From Squalus acanthias (taxonomy: Eukaryota): a stretch of 64,000 nucleotides of DNA. Below the pieces are notes generated by a model, which did not search any database, had not been told where the DNA came from, and saw only the letters and a list, made by a program, of their open reading frames with translations. The translations under genes were made by a program, and so were the position numbers. Below, piece after piece: positions 53,877-64,000 of the stretch (its first letter is position 1; the number at the start of each line of letters is the position of its first letter). Location of the stretch: assembly GCA_030390025.1 (NCBI GenBank), contig CM059440.1, forward strand, positions 58,714,001 to 58,778,000, given 5' to 3'.

Positions 53877-54190
53877 TAAAGACTTGCCTTTATATAGCGC
53901 CTTTCACGACCTCAGGACATCCCAAAGCACTTTACAGCAAATGAAGTACTCTTGAAGTGTAGTCACTGTTGTAATGCAGGAAACACAGCAGCCAATTTGC
54001 ACACAGCAAGCTCCCACAAACAGCAACGTGTTAATGACCAGGTAATCTGTTTTTGTAATGTTGATTGAGGGATAAATATTGGGCAGGACCCCAAGAATAA
54101 CACCCCTGCTATTCTTCGAAATAGTGCCATAGGATCTTTTACGTCCACCCAAGAGAGCAGATGGGACCTCGGTTTAGCATCTCATCCGAA
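53877..54190 (-). mobile_element. Deu-type SINE inserted in a CR1 3' fragment (about 53680-54235)
   Basis: gacttgcctttatatagcgcctttcacgacctc...cctcggtttagcatctcatccgaa; CR1 tail resumes atgggtcaaatggcctcc. Confidence 0.75.
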
Positions 54191-55057
54191 AAAGCTGATG
54201 CAAACAATGGGTCAAATGGCCTCCTTCTGAGCTGCGCTGGAACACACACGATCCGTGAAAAAAAACTTAATGGCTCCCAATGGTTGAGCAAGCTTATCCA
54301 GTGAGCAGCACGGTTTTAATCTTCGAAATAATTTTACTTTTCTATGGCGTTTAGGCTTACTTTATTTATAGCCTTCAGGAAAAAAAGGACCGATTTAGTT
54401 TGATCTTTTGTTTCTTAATTCTAGTCAAAGGGCAAGACTACATTTCCAACATCTGTCCCAAGGTTTTTTCAATCTGTTCTCACGATATTGGACACTGATT
54501 TTGCCCATCCCTAGTTGTCCTGAGGTGGCGGCAATGGGCACTCCCAAACAAACCACTGCAGTCCCTGTGGTGATGGGTGTTCCTCCCAGAATGACGTTAG
54601 CCAGGGAATTCCAACACAGCAGCTGCTTTACGACCAAGTGGCTTGCAAGGACAAGTCAGAAGGCATTAAAGGACAACTGGTAGGCCAGACCAAATGGGGT
54701 AGCAAATTCCCTTCCCTGAAGGACAACAGTGAACCGGTGGGTTCTTACAACCCTGCTGCTTTCCTGGTCATTTCTTCTCCTGGTGCCAGCCCACAAATTA
54801 CCAGCTTTATTGAACTGTATTTCACTACTTGCCATGATGGGATTTGAACTCTCAACCTGAGTTGCTAGTCCAGTATCATAACCAATAAGCTTTGTGGTCA
54901 TCAAACTGGATCAGCAATCCAGTTGTGGACAACTGATCAGTATTGCTTTGAGCATGGAAAAAATAATTAATTTCAGTCTCAGTATCTCAAATTTTAGTTT
55001 TCATAGATTTGTAGAATTTCACAGGAGACCATCCCGCCCATCTGAAACAGCTATAGC

Positions 55058-55572
55058 AAACTTGTATTTATAGAGCATCGTTAACTTAAGAAAAACCAAC
55101 CCAAAATTATGGCATAATTTGACAAGAATGGGCACCTAGCCAAAAGAGATATTAGATGGGGTGACCAAAAGGTTGGTCAGAGGTGGGTTTTAAGGAGGGT
55201 GTTAAAGAGGGAGGTGAAAAGTCACAGGAGTTTAGAAAGGGAATTCCAAAGAAGGCATGGCCGTTAATGATAGGGATGCAAAAGAGGCCAAAAGAGGAGG
55301 AATGAAGAGGTCTGTAGGAAGGGGCTTTTAAGGCTGGAGTGGGTTACAGAGATGGAGAGGGGCAAGGCCATGAAGGGAATTGAGCACAAGGATGAGAACT
55401 GGAGCGAATGGAGGTCAGCAAGGAAAGCACTGATGGGTGAAAGGAACTATGTGCGGGATTGGAGACAGGCAACACAGTGCTGAAGCTTACAGGGTGTGTG
55501 TGGGGAGGGGGGGGGGCGAGAGGCCGGCTAGGACAGCATTGGAATCGTCAAGTCTGGAGGTGACAAAGGCCA
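55058..55572 (-). mobile_element. Old L2 fragment
   Basis: Colinear similarity with 27813-28500. Confidence 0.6.
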
Positions 55573-58500
55573 TCAACTTAGTTCTCCTGCCCTTTCCCTA
55601 TGCCCTTTTAATTTTTTTTCCCCAAACATTTGAATTTTACTGTTCATTTGATTGTAGTCAACAAAAAGACCATTAATTTTAGTCAAGGACTATTTCCTTC
55701 ATTTTAAATGATGAAAACAACGCTGGTGAGTAGCCAGACCAGAAAAGTCCCGGGTTTGATCCCGGGTCCGGGAACACTCAGCTGATCTCAACTAGGGATG
55801 CAGCAAGAACACAACTGGTTCAGCGTCTCTGGGTGAGGATGGGGAGGGGGGAAATTGGTGAGGGTTCTTAAGCACGAAACCCTCGGAGGAAATGCGCATG
55901 CATGAATGTCAAGTGAGGGCCAAACTCAGATGCGTGCCCCCTATAGTTGAATAGCATCCTAATCTACAACCAAGGCCTTCAGGAAAGAATGGGAAGGGAA
56001 AGAAAACAGTTTTAGAAAAATTGGAACAAGAGAAAACAAAAATTTACTTTGAGGAATTGTCTGCATACCCTCAAACTGAAAGGACACACACTGTGCAAAT
56101 AAAGAAATTGTATTTTTAGGCAAGTTGGGAAAAATAGGCAAGTGCAAGTTTCAAGCGGCCCAAAACTGAAGCAACAGATAACCGGTTTAAAAAAAAAACG
56201 ACTTGTTTCCTCAGTATTTCAAGGTACTCCATGCATATGCATTTTAATTCTCAGCCGCCTCCTACCGCCATGCTACAGCATGAAAACACTAACACAATGA
56301 ACCTTCGACAATGCTGATAAACATATCTTCCAAAATATTCAACGATATCCTTTCCATCTGGCGCTTTCCATGGATAATAGGTTTTAAGTACAAAATGACA
56401 AAAATGCACACTTGCGGTTTAGCCAATCACATGTTCTGCAACACTATTTAAAGGGTACAGGAGGGTATTAAAGTGAACAAGTGCACATCTTAGCTGCATC
56501 AACCCTGTAAATTATGAACCACATTTCTATTTTCCCACTAAAAAAGTGGACTACAAATTAAATTTTAAGCGTTCTTACCAAAATGACTCATGCCAGATTT
56601 GACAGAAAGTGAAATATAAATCAACAATGTCATTGTTTGGACTCTCTCTCTCCCCCTCCTTCTAGAGGCAGCAACGTGTGCGAGTTACCATCCCAAGGGG
56701 ACCAGCAGCCTCACGATACCATTCCCAACGGCCCAGTCTGCATGTGTAAATTTAGGAGGCGTCGTCAAATAGAAGCTCATAGGAGACACTGCAGCCCTGT
56801 CCTGTCCCACGGAATCCTGGCTGATTGGCCTCCTTCCCCAACACTGGGCTCCCACCCCAGATCAGAATTCAAACTTGGGATCTTCCAGGTCTTTATGATT
56901 CAGTACTGCTGCAAATAGTGCATTGATCCACTGAGCCAAGACGAAGCCCAACTTTTAGACATTGTGGCCAGGGATTTCCACTCCAGTGCTCCCCAGGCTG
57001 CGATTTTGGGCTGGGGAACTCAGAAGTGAAAAAATTATTTTTTTAAACTCCTCCCCAAATGTCTAGTGGGTAAAGGCAACACCTTACAGAGTACTACGCC
57101 ACACAGAACATAGGGTCCCAGGTTTAGTTTGGTCACAGCTGAGCACTACAACTGCCCTCAGAAGAGGAAAAGTTACTCAGGATTCTCACATTTGACCACT
57201 GTCCAATGATCAGCACTGAAGAGAGCATACCTGCAGATGTCGGGTGAGATGATGATCAGGCCTGGATGTGATGCCCTCTACTGTCCCAACAGCCCATCAA
57301 CAGTCACTATCTGAGGCCCACATCTGAAGAATAGCCACCCGAATAAGGATCCCATGGGTTGCAGGACTGCACGCCAGCAAAGCTCAGTGTGCAAGGGAGG
57401 AGAGAAACTAATTTATTGTAAAAAATAGTAAATTATGCACTCAGTCAACTTGGCACTTTTCGAATTATGTATTAAATATAGACTTGCCTGTTGTCCAATC
57501 CCATTATTCATTATACTTTAGGATTGCTGTTAACAGACCAAGCAAGTTTTAAGACTTCAGAATTCTCTCCCAGCATCCCTTCAGGAGGCATAGATCAAAG
57601 ACAGACAAGGAACTTGCAACGCAAGAAACTGAGTGTGAACCTGTTGCATTCTATTATCTGTGCAGGGTTGGAAACCATGCACCGTGCAACAGAATGTTTC
57701 AAACAATTATTTCACCCCAGATATTAATTGGGGGAGCTTAAAAAATGAACTCAGGTTTCTTAGCAGACTGCAGAACATCACTATTTATTTTTTTCTTTAC
57801 CTGATATCAGTTAACATGCAATGTCACAACAGCCGTCAAGTTTGATTTTCTCTCAATCTATGCTGCTAGCAATGGTTACGTTCATAGTTAAAATTATTTT
57901 TGCGCTTTTCACAGGCTGAGCGGACCAATGAGAATGGTCCTGTACACAGCGCGTGGGGCTGCACAACTTTTGCTTCCCACAATTATGCACGTGCGCTACC
58001 CCATGTGAACGTTTCCTTGCACAAATATAAACAGTTCTACAGTAGACACAAACTAAAAACCTGTCTCCCTCATGACACCTATCAGAGATGTTCATGTTCT
58101 TAAGTGGTCTGTCCTCTACTCAATACTTCTGGACACTCAAGCCTGTGATCAACAGGAACCCACGTAGCAAAGACATATAGAGCAAAACAGCACATTGCCA
58201 AATTGAAAAATATATGCAAAAGCTAGAGAGATCAATAGAGAGGTGACACTGAAAAAGAGAAAATGTTCCCTTATGCATTCCTAACGGTAAGGTTCACAGC
58301 ACCAGCAGTCCTTGTACCTCCCCCAAGTTGAAAAGTAATTTTTGCACAAACATATATTTATTGAGCCAAGAAAAAAATACATTTGTATGCAAAACAAGTG
58401 CCCTCTCCCAATGGTTCAGCTAGTGCTAAGTCAAAATGCCACCAGACATGAGTGACCACTGATCTATGTTCAGTTAGCTGATCTCAACCAGGGTGGCGCT

Positions 58501-59294
58501 GTAGGGACAACCCAATTAGCCGTAGCTTCCCTGTGTGTGTGTTTTTAATTTGTTCTTGGCATGTGGGCAATGCCGAGCATTTGTTGCCAATCCCCAATTG
58601 CTGAAAAGGTGATGGCTGGCCTTCTCTTTGAGCCACTGCAGTCTTTGTGCTGATGGTGTATTGATGATGGTGTTAGGCGAGACATTTCAGGATTCTGACC
58701 CAGTGACAATGGGGAGGGGGAGAATTTTTACTCCTGATCGTTATCTAGTGAATCTTGCTGGAATGAGCTCATGTTGGGTGAAGACGGGATGGACCTGGGC
58801 TGAAACATCCCACCGTTAACCAGCACTGTACAGTGTCGCACATTAAGAATTGCTGCTTTGGCAAAGTACTAGACGGAGCCTGTGAAACCATTCCCGAGCA
58901 CGATTCAAGATTTAGTGCCCTCGGGAATGCTTTACATCCAATGAATTACTTTTGAAGTGTCGGCACTGTTGGCAAATGCAACAGCCAATTTGCACACAGC
59001 GAGGTCTTACTAAAAAAGCGATAAATGACCAGATAATCTGTTTTTGATAGTGTTGCTTGAAGGATAAATGTTGGCCTGGATACCAGGAGAACTCCCCTGC
59101 TCTTCTTTGAACAGTGCCACAAGATCTTTTACGTCCACCAGAACAGGCAGAGAGGGCCTCGGTTTAACGTCTCATCTGAAAAATGGCATGTGCAAAGGAG
59201 CTCCACTCCCTCAGTACTGCACTGAAGCGCCTTGGGACATTTCACTATGTTAAAGGTGCCATATAAATGCAAGTTTTGAAGTGGCAGCCCAGGT

Positions 59295-59985
59295 TCTGGG
59301 CTCAAGAACTCCAAGTGTGGTCAACCTTGGTTTGATGACACTTGGGAGCACTGTGCGCAGTTCTGGACTCCATATTATATTTAAAAAAGAGGCACCGGAG
59401 AAGGTGCAAAAAAGATTCACAAGGATGATACCAGAACCAAGAGGATATACTTATCAGAAAAGGCTGAACAGACTGGGCTCTTTACTCTAGAAAAGAGAAG
59501 GCGGAGGGGCGACCTGATAGAGGTCTTTAAGATTATGAAAGGTAGACGTAGAGAAAATGTTTCCATTTGTAGGGGACACAAATATAAAAATCACCAATAA
59601 ATCCAATAAGGAATTCAGGAGAAACTTCTTTACTCAAAGAGTGGTAAGAATGTGGAACTCATTACCAATGTTCCCTTTAAGCTGCTCTGGAGGTTCCGCG
59701 CAGCCGGCTCACCGGCTTTTAAATGGAAAAACCGTGCATGCGCAGAATTTTGAATGGGCCGCACAGCCCAAAATAAATTAGAGGGAACATTGCTCACTAC
59801 CACAAGCAGTAGTTGAGACGAACAGTATAAATACATTCAAGAGGAAGCTAGATAAGCACTTGAGGGAGAAAGGAGAAGGGTAGGGTTAGATAAGGAGGGC
59901 TGGGAGGAGGCTTGTGTGGAGAATAAACACAGGCACAGACCAGTTGGGCTGAATGGCCTGTTTCTGTGCTGTGGACTCGATGTAA
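59295..59985 (+). mobile_element. CR1 3' portion
   Basis: EKVQKRFTRMIPE, RRNFFTQRVVRMWNSLP, 3' UTR gaatggcctgtttctgtgctg. Confidence 0.85.
59666..59792. mobile_element. hAT MITE nested in CR1
   Basis: TIRs caatgttccctttaa / ttagagggaacattg; TSD ctcattac / ctcactac. Confidence 0.85.
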
Positions 59986-60226
59986 CTCTCGCCAAGTCCT
60001 GGAGTGGGGCTTGAACCCACCACGCACGACCTTCTGACTCAAGAGATTAAATAATATCCTTAATTTCAGGCCCATTGATGGAATATAGGTTTATATTTGG
60101 GATTGTTAGGGCAGCAAATACAAACCGAGGTCTTTATGGTCTGCAGTGTGTTTTTGGCTGTATGCTATGAAGGGTGAGCGACTGGGAAATGTCTGAGCGC
60201 TTGGTACACAAAGGAAAGGCACTGAC

Positions 60227-60679
60227 CTGGTGATGTTCAACATGGATGCTGTCTCCTGTCGGCCAGCGGTGCTTCCCATTGTAACCGCCGCCTCCGCCTC
60301 CTCCTCCCCCGCCACCCCCGCTGCCGCCACCCCCGGCGACTCCACTGCCTCCGCCTCCTCCCAGATGCTCCCCGGGCTGCCGCTGGAAGAAATAATCCAC
60401 CATGGCATCGTCCTGCGAGCGGCCCGCGGCCAGCGCAAGCGCCGGCACCACCACCGGCACGGGAGGCCCCATCGAGCCGGGGCCTTGCGTGGAGACCGAG
60501 GCGGCGGCCAGCGCCTGGGAGGCGGCGTGCTGTTGCTGCTGCTGGGGGCCGGCGGCGGAGGGTCCTGTTAACACCACGGGCATGTTGTGAGCGACGCTGT
60601 TACCGAGACTGTCCTGAGGCGGCGGCTGCTGCTGATACTGCTGCTGGGGGAGGGAGTCCTGCCAGAGCACCTCATTCAT
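60227..60679 (-). CDS. PUM1: PUM1 exon 2, coding part (MNEVLWQDS...[17 protein letters not shown]...polyG...[16 protein letters not shown]); the exon itself begins at 60716
   Basis: 453 nt, donor CAG|gtcagt, phase 0 into exon 3; acceptor ttttgtcttgcag at 60717. Start codon uncertain (see findings). Confidence 0.9.
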
Positions 60680-60705
60680 ACCTTAAAAACACAGGGAACA
60701 ACCAT
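60676..60705 (-). other. Upstream [12 protein letters not shown] overlapping the main ATG
   Basis: ATG GTT GTT CCC TGT GTT TTT AAG GTA TGA; the TGA (60678-60676) overlaps the ATG at 60679-60677. Confidence 0.7.
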
Positions 60706-62954
60706 TCCACCTACACCTGCAAGACAAAACATACAAAAATAATAAAGCACAGCTTAAAATATTCATCGTATGCAAACATTAAAAAGTGCATTAAATTTTT
60801 TAAAAAAGCAAAATTTTTGCTTTTAATAAAATGTATTTAAAATCCAAGTTTTTTTTTTAAAAAACATGCAAAAATTGCTTTCAACATGTTCTTACTGAAA
60901 ATGGGCTTTGATGGCACGTCAACATGCAAATCCCACCCCATTTGCTGGAATATATTTTACTGTAAATTTAAAAATGATCACATGAAAATGTGACTTGTGA
61001 ATAGAAAGGAACTTCCCCTCCCTCCCCCCCACCCCTTTTTGAAAATAGGCTTTCAGAACTAAGTACATGAACATGCAAGTCCATCCCCAATATTTTCCAG
61101 GTATTAAAATCAAGATACGTTTAACAAATGGAAACTAGAATTGAACAGGAAGGGTTTTGTTCAAAATGGCTTTGAACAGCACGTGAATTCCCCCTCAATA
61201 TACCCCATGTGTTGCAATCTATTTTACAACATTAAAAAAAATCATCAAACGCATACATTCAGGGGCACATGCCAGAAGAACATGTATTTTTTAAATTAAT
61301 TACATCTTTGAATAGCACATGTCCATGTAATCCCTACCCTCTATTTTCCATGTGCCAAAATACAAGTTCACCATTATATAAAAAATTAATATGGAAATTC
61401 AAAATACAGTAATGATATTTGACATGCACTGAGCATGCAGTCCCCCATGTGTCTTGGCACTGCAGAATATACAAATTCAACAAAGAGAAACAGGCCTAGA
61501 TTTGAAACTGAAATGCACATTGTGTAAAATATTAAGTGCTTGGTGGGGGATATTCTGCTCTTACTGCAAATCTCCAGCCTTCCCAGCATTTTTTCATAAT
61601 CTCTACTGAATGGAAAGTGTATATTTTAAATAATGGTTTTGAATAGCAGAGGAACCTGCAATCTCACCTTAATATCCATGTGTTTGAACGTGTAGTTATT
61701 AAAAATATACAAATTCTAAACAGGATTGACTGGAAGGTTTTAAATTGCAGTTTGATTAAAACAAGCTTTCTTCACTCTTAATTCCATGTAATTCACACCC
61801 CTCATCAACTGTGCTTTTTATACACGCAGCCTCATAAGAAAAGGAACATTAAGCCCAACATATATTGTATTAAAAACATTAAAACAAGGGTGAGGGGAAT
61901 TATATTACCCAACTAATCAAATTCATGCAGTTCATACATCTTTCAACAAAACACTGTTCCAGTTAAAATATTTGCTTTGCACAATTACACCGAAGAGAAA
62001 TGATTCAATTCACTGGGATTTTTGTTTAATCGAAATGGATTTGTGTACAACTATCTTTTATCGTCAGTTGAATCTACTACATCCACTTGGAGCAAAAAAA
62101 GTGAGGTTCAACATATACTTCAAAACAAAAGTTGTTTTATCAATTAATGCAAAAATATACATCCTATAAACATATACAAGGTAGAAAAATAAAAATAAAA
62201 ATTGTCTTTTAAACCCAAAGTAAGCTTCAGGAACAGCTACAGTTGGGACATATGCAGAAAGCATACAACTTTCCTAATTACAGGCCTGGCACCAACACCT
62301 ACAAAGAAAAAAAAATCCCCAACATCTGAATTTTAGACAATACCAGAGCTCAGTTTCTGGTCTAAATATTGAACCCCTATATTCGCCCTATCAGCATTAA
62401 AAAACATGGGAATTATAACTTACTAAAATGTTTATTATGTTTCCTCTTAGGCAACTGTTTATACCTTATATCTTAACCAAATAACTCATTCCACCAAGAA
62501 AACTAAAATTAGATCAAAAATGTAATAAGTAGCAACATATATCATATAAAAATCTTTTACACAACAAATCTTAATCTTACACAAGTGCAATGCCCTCCAC
62601 ATCGAATACACACACCACACACATTTCACAACCCACTTTTATTCAAATTTACATTTCAAGCTTTTAAAAAGTAAACAAATATTTCAATTGATGTTGCAAT
62701 TATGAAAACAGCCCCAGTATTTCATGCACTGAAACTAGCCTTCCTTCCCCATTGTAAAAGCCTCGTTTCCTGAAATAATTGAACCAGCACATTTTCACAA
62801 ACTTTAACCATCTGGCTTTGTGCAGAGGTGGACGAGCCCTTAAAATTTACCCCCTTTTCCCCCCCTTAAAATGCACCCCCCGAGTTACAATGCTGCTTGT
62901 CCTTTCCCCTCCCCCCCTACTCCCCTATACACACACACACACACATTACAACAA

Positions 62955-63215
62955 TGGCCCCCGAGCCCAAAATACTGGGCAGAAAGGGGCACTGGAGGAA
63001 AACGAGCCGTACAAATCCTGCCCCTACGGCGCCCCGCCGCCCCCCAATATCGGGCTCTCCGGGTCGCTGGGTGTTCCAGCTGTCGATCGGTGGGCTCGGG
63101 ATGGGATACTCACAGGCAGAGCGGGCGGATTGCAGCGGATTGCGGCCCCTCTCAATCCTTCTTCTTCACAACATGGCGCTACACTGGGACACTCGGGCGC
63201 AAAGCATCCTGGGTG
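62955..63215 (-). promoter_or_regulatory. CpG-rich promoter-proximal region with an Inr-like CCAGT and a YY1-type motif
   Basis: Local CpG enrichment against an AT-rich background; CAACATGGCG at 63169-63178 on plus. Confidence 0.6.
63114..63185 (-). other. PUM1: Putative non-coding exon 1 of PUM1
   Basis: Starts AGTGTAGCGCCATGTTGT, resembling the human PUM1 mRNA 5' end as I recall it. Ends CGCTCTGCCT|gtgagt (consensus donor). Lies in a CpG-rich patch. Confidence 0.75.
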
Positions 63216-64000
63216 AGGGCAGCCTCCCTCCCCCACTCTGCCTTTGTTTTACTTGAAGCTTTACTTACAGTCTCTTGGAAACAGGTGACAGCCTCAGCCC
63301 CAAACCCTTCCCTCCAATCATTTAATAATTAGATATTCATATTCTTCATTTCTACAAATGTGTTAAAAGTCAATTTAAAAAGGGAGAGAGGAGGGGGGGA
63401 AATCACCAGCCCAATACCTCCCTTTAAAGGCACTGACAATATAATCCTTGCAACCACAAATTAGGCCTAATTTTTCTTCTTGTAGATTTACACTATGACC
63501 TCCAGTAATTTAACACTCATTAAAAAGAAAGCAGAAAAACAAATGGAGTGTAACAGCTACCTGAGTCACAAGACTTTGTCAGCAAAAGGTTGGAAACTAC
63601 TAAAAGTGCTGCTGATTTTAACAGCATAAATTTGCCTTTCCATACACAGCTTTGATAAACTATCACGCAATTAAATATGGATTTTCGTTGTTGACCAACG
63701 TCGCAATTGCACTCATGCTAGTAAGAGCAAATCATGCTGGGGCGAGAAGAATCGAATGTAGTGCACTGGCACAAAGAGCTGCACAGTGCAATTTGCAGCC
63801 GGCAGCACCCAAATTATACCAAAGGCTGCAAACTGCACACAAACCAGAGGTGCAAATGTGTATACAAGAGTGGGGGGAAAAGGGTGTAAGGGGCAATTTC
63901 AGAATTTGGAACAGCGGCAGAGGGGAACGGAAGCATGTCAAAAAAAGGGGGCGGCTGGACACATCCCCAACAGTTGTACTTCTGCACTCTTAGTCAGGTG

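Larger units (their letters stand above)
58920..60045 (-). mobile_element. Deu-type SINE split by nested insertions
   Basis: SINE body at 58920-59225; its head resumes at about 59992 (caagtcctggagtggggcttgaaccc). Confidence 0.65.

Noticed and set aside
60230-60590. Plus-strand ORFs overlapping exon 2
   Set aside because: Antisense shadows of GC-rich low-complexity coding sequence

Overview
Eukaryotic (vertebrate) genomic DNA. The repeat content (CR1, L2, RTE, Deu-type tRNA SINEs, Penelope-derived palindromes) points to a cartilaginous fish. The window holds the 5' part of PUM1 (Pumilio homolog 1) on the minus strand: a putative non-coding exon 1 at about 63114-63185 and coding exons 2-11, with consistent splice phases. 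The PUF RNA-binding domain lies beyond the left edge. Introns 9 and 10 each carry an identical SNORD103-family C/D snoRNA. Introns 8 and 9 carry two further diverged snoRNA-like elements that share an altered guide segment. Other notable points: the start codon at the position conserved in vertebrates is out of frame and ends in an AUGA overlap with the next ATG; intron 10 is GC-AG; exon 9 has three in-frame acceptors; a ~730-bp near-perfect palindrome carries hammerhead-like cores and a 15-bp TSD; there is a pre-miRNA-like hairpin; an RTE insertion is 5'-inverted; and a TA-TSD MITE has amplified a 29-bp minisatellite inside a CR1. Almost all ORFs in the supplied track are spurious or transposon-derived. 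Ortholog comparisons are from memory of human PUM1/PUM2 and were not computed. Boundaries of old repeats are approximate.
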